IMG/VR virus record: IMGVR_UViG_3300027917_002335
Location: 1 to 64,000 of that record
Source of the DNA: a virus
Strand: one strand, 5' to 3'
DNA: 64,000 nt
The notes under the pieces were generated by a model. It did not search any database, was not told the origin of the DNA, and saw nothing but the letters and a program-made list of their open reading frames with translations. Numbering within the stretch: position 1 is the first letter of the stretch; the number at the start of each line of letters is the position of its first letter. This document shows positions 10,133-19,067 of the stretch, piece by piece. Made by a program: the position numbers and the translations under genes.

Positions 10133-11949
10133 ACTCCAGTTCCTATATTGAATGGCATATCTGGTAAGAAATAATTTTCATACAAATCAGTTACGCCACT
10201 TAAACAATCTGTGTGATTCAAACCCCAACCCCAAGGATATAAGGTTTGCCAATTCTTATTTTTTGTATAACCAGAAACATTTGTTATACCAAATCCATCT
10301 ACAAAACCAGTTCCTTCGGTTGTGTTGTGGAATTTAATGTAACCAACATTTCCGGGAGTATTACCACTTGAAAATTGTGTTTTATTTATAAAAGTTCTTC
10401 TTTTAGAAGCACTTTGATCATAATATATACTTATATGAAACTCATTGTCTGGATAAGAATTATAAATCAAACCACTAGGATCTACTAATCCATTTTGAGA
10501 TTGATTATATTCTATCCAATATAATTCTTCTAAGCCTGTGCCTAAAACGCTACATCTTAATGTTGAACTTTCTGGATGAATCCAAAAGTCTATATGACCA
10601 CTTGTATAAGAGCCAACCATATAATTCATTGAGCTTCCGTTGCCTTTAAGCCTTGCAACATGCCTGAACTTGTCATTAGCGTTGAATATATCAACCGCTC
10701 CGCTAGTTTGCCAGATTCCTGACAAGGCAACGCCTGTAGTTTCGAAATTATCCACCGCTTCAATCCATCCATTATAACATCTGAGTCTACTATTCCAATC
10801 ATCATATATATAATCTAAACTCCCTAAATCCCAATATTTTTTAGTTAAAATTTTAGGTTTTGTCTTCATATAGAAGACTTCTTGTTCGAGAAGATCATCA
10901 AGATTTCCAATATATCTTGTTTCGTAAAATCCTACAAATACACTCACACCAGCTGGTGTAACAGACTGAGCAATATATTTTGCTAATTCTGTGTCTCCTG
11001 CATCAAAAGGAGCACCTAATTCTGCTTCTAAAGGCAAATCAATTTGCCAATGAGGCATTGAATAATGGTATCTTTCTGTGATAATAATAGAAGATTGTGG
11101 CACATTATAGAAATGCGCAAATAATCTTTTAATTTCTGTGATTGTTGGAGTTACCCACCATTTCTGAGTCCAACATTTATTCACAAATTCCCATATCTTA
11201 GCGTTTTGTGCATCTGTTACAGGATATTCAGAATATTTCGTTCTTGTTAATCTTACATCATAACCTTTATCAATTTGGATTCCTTTCTCAGCATTATATC
11301 CACTATAACCATAAGAAGAACATTGCGGACATGTATCTCCAGTATCTGGATCTATTCCACTACCATTACAATATGGACATTTTGCTGGTGCAACCCAAAT
11401 AGAATTTATTATTTCCTTAATCATGTTGTGGATTTTATACATACCTAAAAGCCATATTAGTTGGCTACCAACACTTGCTAAAAGATAAAACTTAACTTTT
11501 CCTCCTCGTTGACCAAGTATTTCAACATTAGATTGCACATCAGTTATTTCATATATCTTATTACCTAAACCAGATATTAACCAACATGCTCCATGTCTTG
11601 TGAATCTAGGAATTTCCAGAGTTGCTTCAACTGTTTCAGAACCTTCTCCATAAGTTTCTTTTGTTAATTCTCTACCAATTTGATTCCAAGTTTCTGTTCC
11701 TGTGACTTCAGCTATTTTACCAGTTATAGTCAATGTTAAATTAGATTCTCTTATTTGTTCGTCTACGATTGCTATTACTGGTCCAGGAGCTGTAACAGTT
11801 CCATACTTAGAAACATTCTTTTGTATGAAACCCTCTGTTCTATTCCATTCAGCAAGTTCGATTATATTTGCTCCAGCGTGAGGTGTTTCTTCTCTAACTC
11901 TTTTGAACGCCGTGTTCACATAATAATCAATTTGGTCACGAATATCCAT
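10123..11949 (-). CDS. Baseplate wedge protein (gpI-like position) with DnaJ-type Zn finger and C-terminal LamG-like domain
   Basis: Follows baseplate J; VTPAGV wedge motif; CPYCNGSG...CPQC; IDFWIHP beta-sandwich motif. Confidence 0.6.
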   Translation of the reverse strand: MDIRDQIDYYVNTAFKRVREETPHAGANIIELAEWNRTEGFIQKNVSKYGTVTAPGPVIAIVDEQIRESNLTLTITGKIAEVTGTETWNQIGRELTKETYGEGSETVEATLEIPRFTRHGACWLISGLGNKIYEITDVQSNVEILGQRGGKVKFYLLASVGSQLIWLLGMYKIHNMIKEIINSIWVAPAKCPYCNGSGIDPDTGDTCPQCSSYGYSGYNAEKGIQIDKGYDVRLTRTKYSEYPVTDAQNAKIWEFVNKCWTQKWWVTPTITEIKRLFAHFYNVPQSSIIITERYHYSMPHWQIDLPLEAELGAPFDAGDTELAKYIAQSVTPAGVSVFVGFYETRYIGNLDDLLEQEVFYMKTKPKILTKKYWDLGSLDYIYDDWNSRLRCYNGWIEAVDNFETTGVALSGIWQTSGAVDIFNANDKFRHVARLKGNGSSMNYMVGSYTSGHIDFWIHPESSTLRCSVLGTGLEELYWIEYNQSQNGLVDPSGLIYNSYPDNEFHISIYYDQSASKRRTFINKTQFSSGNTPGNVGYIKFHNTTEGTGFVDGFGITNVSGYTKNKNWQTLYPWGWGLNHTDCLSGVTDLYENYFLPDMPFNIGTGVCL

Positions 11950-11950
11950 T

Positions 11951-13789
11951 TTATCCTACTCCTCTTTGGAGGTTTCTACTTCCTAGGTCAGGTATTTCGT
12001 CGTCAGCTAAATATATATCTTCTTGTTCCCACACTGATTGATCTGACCTTTTAATATAAAGTTCTTTTTGTCTCCATACATTTGGATGTTTCATTATCTC
12101 ATACTCAATACGAGAATAAATAACATTATCTCCAGTTTCTAAAGATTCAAGATAACTTTCAATATTAGCTATTACATCTTCTCTTACTGTAGCAAAATCT
12201 GATAATTCAGTTACATAGATAATACCTTTAATATCTATATCAATTTCTTCTGACTCTAATATTTGGTATTGAATTCCTACTGGACTATATCCTCCGCCAT
12301 CAATATAATCCAATTGACCATCTAACACATCTTTTAGATTCTCAAAACCAAATCCGTCTTCTGGAGATAAAATAACTGTGTAACCAGCACCATTATACCA
12401 ATTTTTAAACATTAAATGTATTCCAGTTGGTTGTTCTTGTGCAACGCCAGACACATATTTATATAAACTATATCTTGAATCTCCTCCACCATAACTTTCA
12501 AGACTTGTTCTAATTTCCCAATAATTTGTAGCAAAGTCTATACCAGTTACACCATCCTCTGGAGGATGACACCATAAATCAAATCTATAAGTTTTAGTTT
12601 TATCCAATCCATTATACTTTAGGTCAAAGTTAATATCTTGAAATCCTGTGAGTCCTGGAATTAAATCAATTTCTTCTATTAAAGTTTCGTCTAAATGTAA
12701 ACCAGTTTGCACAGTGTTTAATCTAATACCACATTTTATTCCTGGTGGTGCATTAACAGCTCTTCCACTTAATGTTATTCTACCTAATGAAAGAACTAAA
12801 TCACCTGGCACAAAAGATTGGCTCCATATTAAACCGTAAGAATCAACTCTTTTCACTGTACCAGTAGTAGGAGAATCCCAATTGAGAACTGAAGTTTGGT
12901 CAACGCCTTTATCTTGATAAACTTTTACTGCTCTGACTCCCTCTATATTTGAAGCTAAATCTTTAACTTTTGCTAAAGTAAATGTTCTATATCTTGCTTC
13001 TAACTGTCTTGCTCTGTAAACATCATCAGATTCTTTATCTGTTCCAGATGTTATATCTTCACTGTTTGTAACAGTTAAGAATGAATATGTAACGCTATTT
13101 GTTATTTCTCCAACTTTTGCATTGCTAACAGCACCAGAAGCAACAGAAGTAACCTCAACCCTTCTTGTAACTTGTCCTTCAACTTCTACATAATATCCTT
13201 CATTCTCAATTATATAACCAGAACTAGCATCGAGCCAATGAATGTTATTGTGATAAGTTTCATCAAACTCCCAAACACTTTCTGGTATTACAGTCAGGTT
13301 TTCTTTTAGAACTTGAACTACGCTTTGGGCATAAGGATAATCACTTGAAAAATAATCATAAGATTCTCCAGTTTTACTTTTAGTTCCTTGAATTCTATAT
13401 GGAATATAAGAATCTTCATCTGCCAAATAAGAATTAAGAGATGACCTAAATTCTGCTCCTTGTGCAATTAAAATTGGTGCTCCATTTATTGTTGCTGTAC
13501 AATCGACATATCCTTCAGCATGTGTAGCACCTCTTCGAGGCATTCCATTTTCTATTCCATGTTTATCAAGCCAAGTACCAACAGCTTGTCTTATAGACAT
13601 TTGTTCTGCTGCTGTTTCTAAAAGTGTTTCATAATAAAATTCGTCAAGGCTGTGAATCTTCATTTGTTGCCAAAGCCAAGAACTAGGAGTAAAGTTAACT
13701 ACATCCATTATATCTTTTGCTTTTTCTTCATAGTCTTCTATAATTTCTTTTGCGCTTCTTGGAGTAAATCCATCATCATTATACGGCAT
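11951..13789 (-). CDS. Baseplate J-like wedge protein with internal insertions
   Basis: AVGTWLD, GTDKESDDVYRAR, IEGVRAVKVY, LETGDNVIYSRI. Confidence 0.88.
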   Translation of the reverse strand: MPYNDDGFTPRSAKEIIEDYEEKAKDIMDVVNFTPSSWLWQQMKIHSLDEFYYETLLETAAEQMSIRQAVGTWLDKHGIENGMPRRGATHAEGYVDCTATINGAPILIAQGAEFRSSLNSYLADEDSYIPYRIQGTKSKTGESYDYFSSDYPYAQSVVQVLKENLTVIPESVWEFDETYHNNIHWLDASSGYIIENEGYYVEVEGQVTRRVEVTSVASGAVSNAKVGEITNSVTYSFLTVTNSEDITSGTDKESDDVYRARQLEARYRTFTLAKVKDLASNIEGVRAVKVYQDKGVDQTSVLNWDSPTTGTVKRVDSYGLIWSQSFVPGDLVLSLGRITLSGRAVNAPPGIKCGIRLNTVQTGLHLDETLIEEIDLIPGLTGFQDINFDLKYNGLDKTKTYRFDLWCHPPEDGVTGIDFATNYWEIRTSLESYGGGDSRYSLYKYVSGVAQEQPTGIHLMFKNWYNGAGYTVILSPEDGFGFENLKDVLDGQLDYIDGGGYSPVGIQYQILESEEIDIDIKGIIYVTELSDFATVREDVIANIESYLESLETGDNVIYSRIEYEIMKHPNVWRQKELYIKRSDQSVWEQEDIYLADDEIPDLGSRNLQRGVG

Positions 13790-14156
13790 TTGGTATTCCC
13801 TCTTCTAATAATACTATATCTCCTAATTTTGATTGAACTGCAACTTTAATATGTAATTGCTGACCATCCCGCCAAGCCTCAATTGAGTCTATCGCAAAAA
13901 TTAATCTTTCTTTTGCTGGATCGAGAGCATCGGCTAATAAGCTCTTTATAACTTCTGTTGGTGCACCGCCACTGTTCATTCTTACCGCAGAACGCAAATC
14001 AAATCCATAGTATAAATTCCATATTTCAGAACCAGTTTGAGTGTTTAACAGATTGTCTATAATTTGATAAAATGCATAATTGTCTTCTATTTCTATGTAA
14101 TCTCCATCCTCCATAATTGGATCACCAGTTCGGAGGTCTAACAGAATTCCAGGCAT
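13779..14156 (-). CDS. Baseplate gp25/gpW-like wedge protein
   Basis: LNTQTGSEIWNLYYGFD motif; directly upstream of baseplate J. Confidence 0.75.
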   Translation of the reverse strand: MPGILLDLRTGDPIMEDGDYIEIEDNYAFYQIIDNLLNTQTGSEIWNLYYGFDLRSAVRMNSGGAPTEVIKSLLADALDPAKERLIFAIDSIEAWRDGQQLHIKVAVQSKLGDIVLLEEGIPNAV

Positions 14157-14202
14157 TTTTTACCATTCCTCACATTTGTCATTTTTTTTCCTTCCTTAAC
14201 CT

Positions 14203-14227
14203 TATATTGTTTTTAAAGTTTATAAAG
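14203..14227 (-). promoter_or_regulatory. Late promoter copy 1 (CTTTATAAACTTTAAAAACAATATA)
   Basis: 25-nt motif with TATA box shared with 33911-33935 and 45858-45882; upstream of the baseplate genes. Confidence 0.75.
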
Positions 14228-14903
14228 TTATGTATTTTTTTATTTTTGTTTTAGTATCCATGTGTTTAATACTTCTCATAACATTCCACAATTCTTTATA
14301 TACATCAAAAGGAACATCAATAAAATCAGCAATCTTCTTCATTTCTGTATCAAAATCATTCATTAAATCGTGGAAGTTAATTCTTAAAACCAATTCTTTA
14401 GGATACTCAGCCAAAAACTCTTCTTCTTTCTTTTCTTTTAACACATTCCAAAATACAACAGTTTTATAATCTTTTGGTACAAAACCAAATTCATCTATAA
14501 AAATTTGCTGAAATGCTTTTGATTTTGAAACCAGATTCTTCCATAATCCATCTTCCCATATTTTTATATGAGAATTTATTCTTTCCATTAAAGGTCTATC
14601 CAATTTTATTATCTTACTATTTGGATATATTTTTATAAATTCTTTAATAAGAAAGATTAATTCTGGACATTTACATATTTCCCATTTATATTTTGGTATA
14701 ATTTTATCCATGTTAATTTTAGGGTATTTGAACCATAAATTCATTCTAACTTCTGGTGGTTCAGAATCGTGTGTATGTAACGACCATAAACCCCAATTAA
14801 GTAATCCTGTTAATAAGAGACATTTATGAACTAAACTTGTTGCTGCTCTACTACCTAATATAATTATCTTATCCTTCCTTAAATTTCTTGTCCATTTAGT
14901 CAA
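14220..14903 (-). CDS. Sulfotransferase-family protein
   Basis: ILGSRAATSLV, KCPE, YPNSKIIKLDR..SH, INFHDL..KKIADFI. Confidence 0.7.
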   Translation of the reverse strand: MTKWTRNLRKDKIIILGSRAATSLVHKCLLLTGLLNWGLWSLHTHDSEPPEVRMNLWFKYPKINMDKIIPKYKWEICKCPELIFLIKEFIKIYPNSKIIKLDRPLMERINSHIKIWEDGLWKNLVSKSKAFQQIFIDEFGFVPKDYKTVVFWNVLKEKKEEEFLAEYPKELVLRINFHDLMNDFDTEMKKIADFIDVPFDVYKELWNVMRSIKHMDTKTKIKKYITL

Positions 14904-15597
14904 TTAACAAACTCATCTCTGTAATAAAATTTTGTATAAATTCGGCGCTATCAAAATCTTGTATTAATTCGTCTAAACCTACAACATCAGTGTCTATGTC
15001 ACCAAACACATAATTGTCTATTCCTTGCCTTCCCATCACATTAACTCTATAAGCATGATATTCATTATCTGGTAATATTGTTTTCATCATTTCTCTATCT
15101 ACATGAAAAAATATATCACTATGAACAGCCATAATCTTATTTGGTATTCCGTTATCAATTACCCACCCAAATAGTTTATCATTTTGTGTTTTTAATCCAT
15201 AGGCTTTATCTTCTACTCCTAAGACAGCATCTTTTCTTATAAGTATATCACAAGGAATACTATAATGTTTTTCAAGAGTATTTTTAACAGCTTGAAAACC
15301 TAATCCTTTCCCCTTTCTATGGAAAACAGCCCAAGAGAAATTCATAGGTTGGTATATCATCGTTTCTGCTTTTATATTTGGAGTATTTATGACATAGGCA
15401 TCATAAGAACCTGCTTGGAAGGTGCTGTTTTTACATTTAAATATTATTGGTTTTGTATGCCATTGATTATAACTAAATCTACCTATTAAATGGCTATCTT
15501 CATAACCAGCTCCAGTTCTTATTCCACTCATTACATTTTTTATTTCAAATAAATCAAAAAATACATCCTGTTGCGATTCGTTTATTTTAACTCTCAT
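14896..15597 (-). CDS. Divergent lipoate-protein-ligase (LplA/BPL fold)-like protein
   Basis: IYQPMNFSWAVF, DKLFG (cf. KISG), HSDIFFHVD (cf. HGTLL..D), VVGLDEL; lacks RRxSGGG. Confidence 0.5.
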   Translation of the reverse strand: MRVKINESQQDVFFDLFEIKNVMSGIRTGAGYEDSHLIGRFSYNQWHTKPIIFKCKNSTFQAGSYDAYVINTPNIKAETMIYQPMNFSWAVFHRKGKGLGFQAVKNTLEKHYSIPCDILIRKDAVLGVEDKAYGLKTQNDKLFGWVIDNGIPNKIMAVHSDIFFHVDREMMKTILPDNEYHAYRVNVMGRQGIDNYVFGDIDTDVVGLDELIQDFDSAEFIQNFITEMSLLID

Positions 15598-16188
15598 TTA
15601 TTTTCACAATATTTTCTTCATTAAGGTAATTTTTCCAATCACCTATTATTCCTTTTCTACTACAAGGTATTAAACCTATGCTTTCCATAGGCTTAAATCT
15701 TTCACAAACCTTATTTATTTCTTCATCAGTTTTGTGAACATTAAGAAAATTCAACACTTTCTTTATTGTATCATTTAAATTATTCCACATATCTTCATAA
15801 TGAATTAACAAATAGTTAGGATGTTTAAATTCATTATACATTTTCCATTGTGTAACTGTGAAATCAAATAATTGCTTGTCTTCTGATATCTTTCTATTCA
15901 TAAAACTTTCATCTCTTTCCATCTCTACACTATAAATGTACCATATTTTAGATACAAATATATCTTTTAATTCTCTGGTTAAAGAGATTACCTTTGCAAA
16001 TTCACATAAATCTTTTGGATTAACCCAATGACATCTAACTCTTTTGTGCTCTTCTAATAACTTTTTTATATTATCTGGATTTTGTTCTCTTACTGTGATA
16101 GGAATAAATTTAAATTTTAATAAAGATCTTAATATATGGTTTAACCAATTAGAACCGACTCTCATTTGTGTTGATATTATATATTCCA
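15587..16188 (-). CDS. Sulfotransferase domain protein
   Basis: QMRVGSNWL, RELKDIFVS, IHYEDM, RKGIIGDWKNYL; start likely ATG 16188. Confidence 0.88.
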
Positions 16189-16191
16189 TTA

Positions 16192-16617
16192 CTATGCTCC
16201 ATATAATATTTCTCTTATTGCATCTATTCTTGCTTGGCATTCTTCCAAATTTTCAACATTACAATCGTGGCAGAGTATATTTAATTCATTCAATCTTGTA
16301 TGAGTTTCATCGTCTAAACCCATAACAATTGTATATCCACAATCATTAAACCAGTCTTCATCTTCCCTATTTCTTACTTGTGGGAAATCTCTACATATAT
16401 CTGGTCTATTTTCATATATATTACATACCGCCAATCCTTCAGCATCAAAACTTAAGTGTTCACAAGGTTTTCTTGTGCCACCAAGTTCTGGTCTTTTATC
16501 TAAGAAATAACAACACTTACCACATCTTTTACAACTTCCTGTTATGATAAATGGATTATTATCTTTAACCATATCATAAAATTCTTGTATTTTTAAAGGA
16601 CATTCTTTTATCGGCAA
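16192..16617 (-). CDS. YkgJ-family cysteine cluster protein
   Basis: CKRCGKCC, CEHL, CNIYENRPDICRDFP. Confidence 0.85.
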   Translation of the reverse strand: MPIKECPLKIQEFYDMVKDNNPFIITGSCKRCGKCCYFLDKRPELGGTRKPCEHLSFDAEGLAVCNIYENRPDICRDFPQVRNREDEDWFNDCGYTIVMGLDDETHTRLNELNILCHDCNVENLEECQARIDAIREILYGA

Positions 16618-17048
16618 TTTTGTAATATATCCTCTATTAATTCTATTCTTAATTTACAAGCTTCTTGATATTTTTGAGTTGGACAGAAATAACATTTTAA
16701 ATTTAATCTGTCTAATGCTTCTTGTTTTTCTAATTCAATATTTGCTCTAAATGTATAACCACAATCTTTATACCACTCTTTATCTTCTTCTGTTTTGTAT
16801 GGTAAAACTGGATGATCTTTACAATTCTGTGGTCTTGTTTTATATATTAAACACACCGCTGTATTACCATCATATCTAAGAAACTCACAAGGTACTCTTT
16901 CTCTTGTTTCCCTATTTATTATAAAATGACAACATTTACCACATCTATTACACTGTCCTTCTCTCATAAATGGATTATTATCTCTTACCATTTCATAATG
17001 TTTTTGTGGATCTACTTCCAATCCATTTCTTAATTTCATTAACACCAT
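16608..17048 (-). CDS. YkgJ-family cysteine cluster protein (tandem paralogue)
   Basis: CNRCGKCC, CEFL, CLIYKTRPQNCKDHP; shares DNNPF and DCGYT with its neighbour. Confidence 0.85.
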   Translation of the reverse strand: MVLMKLRNGLEVDPQKHYEMVRDNNPFMREGQCNRCGKCCHFIINRETRERVPCEFLRYDGNTAVCLIYKTRPQNCKDHPVLPYKTEEDKEWYKDCGYTFRANIELEKQEALDRLNLKCYFCPTQKYQEACKLRIELIEDILQNCR

Positions 17049-17998
17049 TAGTTATACTCACAACTACACACTTTATCACAGCTACATTCATTGTAACAAT
17101 CACAATCATCATCACAGGTACAATCTGTATTACATCCACAGCCTTGTGATTGACAGGTACATTGATTTTCACAACTACAGTAACCATATTTATTACAACT
17201 ACAATCTAAGCATGTCATCCAACAAACATAATTTAAATCACAGCCACAGTCGGTATTACACCCACAACCTTGAGCTTCGCAAGTACATGCTTCTGTGTTA
17301 CAATCACACTCATTACCACAACTACTATAATATGTGTTGCAGTCACAGTCATTGCCACAATCATTGTCACATAAACATCCTTCGTCTTCGCAAGTACATT
17401 GTGATTCACAGGTACATTGGAATTCACAGGTACATACTAAAGCACAGTGACCAGAACATCCACATATATCTATATTACACGCACAGGAATAATCGTCACA
17501 ACCACAGACAGTATCACATCCACAACCTTCTGCTTGACAGGTACATTGAGCCTCACAATTACAGTAACCAAAACAAGTACAATCGTCATCACAACCACAT
17601 ACCAAATCACAAGAACAGCTGTAAGTTTGACTATATGTATCGCAATCACATTGAGCTACCAGATTATCTATATCAGCATCAATCTCATTTATGTTAACGG
17701 CAGTAATCTCATCACCTGCATCGTGATCACCTGAAGATGCCGTAAGAGACAATGTTGTTCCTGTTTTAGTTGTATCTCCTGCGTCACGATCACCATCTGC
17801 TTCACAATAACAATGATGAGCATTAATAAGAGAATTCTGAGAAATCATATCTTTAAATTTTTGACCCAAAATTTCAGCATCAGCACTGACACTACCTATA
17901 TCGGTGAGTCCAACTCCCCTACCATTTTCCTCGTTGTTAATTTTAGTGATAATTGCGTTAATATCACTGGCAGTTATTTCGTTGTCTTGGGTTACCAT
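17048..17998 (-). CDS. Cys-rich CxC-repeat protein, putative rSAM substrate or virion appendage
   Basis: About 61 Cys; 27 CxC units in the C-terminal ~200 aa; N-terminal EITAxxINxI repeats. Confidence 0.75.
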   Translation of the reverse strand: MVTQDNEITASDINAIITKINNEENGRGVGLTDIGSVSADAEILGQKFKDMISQNSLINAHHCYCEADGDRDAGDTTKTGTTLSLTASSGDHDAGDEITAVNINEIDADIDNLVAQCDCDTYSQTYSCSCDLVCGCDDDCTCFGYCNCEAQCTCQAEGCGCDTVCGCDDYSCACNIDICGCSGHCALVCTCEFQCTCESQCTCEDEGCLCDNDCGNDCDCNTYYSSCGNECDCNTEACTCEAQGCGCNTDCGCDLNYVCWMTCLDCSCNKYGYCSCENQCTCQSQGCGCNTDCTCDDDCDCYNECSCDKVCSCEYN

Positions 17999-19067
17999 CG
18001 CTAATATTATATTTGCGTTTTAATTCTTCTATTGCTCTTGATAATTCAGTAAACATTATATTGTATTTTGCGTTTTGATAATACACAGTATTGCTTGTTT
18101 GAATATTTGTGGCAGGACACCACATAAACCATGGAATTTTAAATCCTTTTTGTAAATCTGTAATTGAAGAATACATTTTTTCTTCTTCTTTCAATCTCGA
18201 ATAAGAATTATACTGTTTGTAATTTTTGAATTCTTTTGGCTTATATACATTACCTAATTTATAATTTTCTCTTTCTGGTACAGTTGCTAAACGATGACAA
18301 GGATATATATCAAAATTTTCATCAATTGCTAATAAACTAGTACCAGCACCGCAAGACGCACCAATTCTGTTAAATAAAGACGATAATGTTGTAATCTTTT
18401 CTTTATATGTGAAATCTGGAAGTTTCATAATCATTTCTGTAAATTTATAGAACTGTTCAATAATAATATCTACATCCTTATCATCCCAATCTTCTTCAAA
18501 TATAACTTGAATTGTGTTTTGTCTTAGATGTTTTGTAGCTTCTTCCTTACTTTGTAACCTATATATTTTAAAAAACCAAAATAAAGATTCTGCTAAATAA
18601 GGTAATGTTTCTTTTGTGCAAACTCCGTGAATAGACCAAGGAACTTTATGCTTAATACAAGCAGATATTCCTTTTATAATATCATCAAAAGTTCCTCTTC
18701 CATTTGCATACTTTCTATTAATATCATTAACATGTCTTGGTCCATCGACACTTATTTGCATGTGTAAACCAAGTTCTTTAATCTTTTCTATATATTTAGG
18801 AATAAGAACGCCGTTTGTTATAAGATTCTCTTTAATAAGTTTTTTCTTATGTTCATCTGCAGTTTCTAATATCTTTTCTAATAATTCCAATCGTAATAAT
18901 GGTTCACCACCAAAAGGAAAGAACGCTGTAAAACAACCTTCTTCAACATATTTTCTAAATTTTTCAACATCCATATTTCCATTATATTTATGTTCAAAGC
19001 AATATTTACACCTTAAATTACATTTACCTGTAAGCATTACATCTGGACAATTAATATGAAACATCAT
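17964..19067 (-). CDS. Radical SAM/SPASM maturase (anSME/ranthipeptide-maturase-like)
   Basis: CNLRCKYC, FGGEPLL, TNG, ISVDGP, R....GRGTFD, SCGAG...IYPCHR, WCPA. Confidence 0.9.
   Translation of the reverse strand: MMFHINCPDVMLTGKCNLRCKYCFEHKYNGNMDVEKFRKYVEEGCFTAFFPFGGEPLLRLELLEKILETADEHKKKLIKENLITNGVLIPKYIEKIKELGLHMQISVDGPRHVNDINRKYANGRGTFDDIIKGISACIKHKVPWSIHGVCTKETLPYLAESLFWFFKIYRLQSKEEATKHLRQNTIQVIFEEDWDDKDVDIIIEQFYKFTEMIMKLPDFTYKEKITTLSSLFNRIGASCGAGTSLLAIDENFDIYPCHRLATVPERENYKLGNVYKPKEFKNYKQYNSYSRLKEEEKMYSSITDLQKGFKIPWFMWCPATNIQTSNTVYYQNAKYNIMFTELSRAIEELKRKYNISDGNPRQRNNCQ

Noticed and set aside
17048-17660. Repetitive DNA (ACAGGTACA, CACAACC) suggesting a CRISPR array or tandem repeat
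   Set aside because: Explained by CxC codon repeats; no constant repeat-spacer structure. No CRISPR array was seen anywhere in the window
17048-17998. Simple metallothionein
   Set aside because: Not excluded but disfavoured: much longer, Lys-poor, D/E/N/Q phased, and coupled to an rSAM maturase in a tail operon
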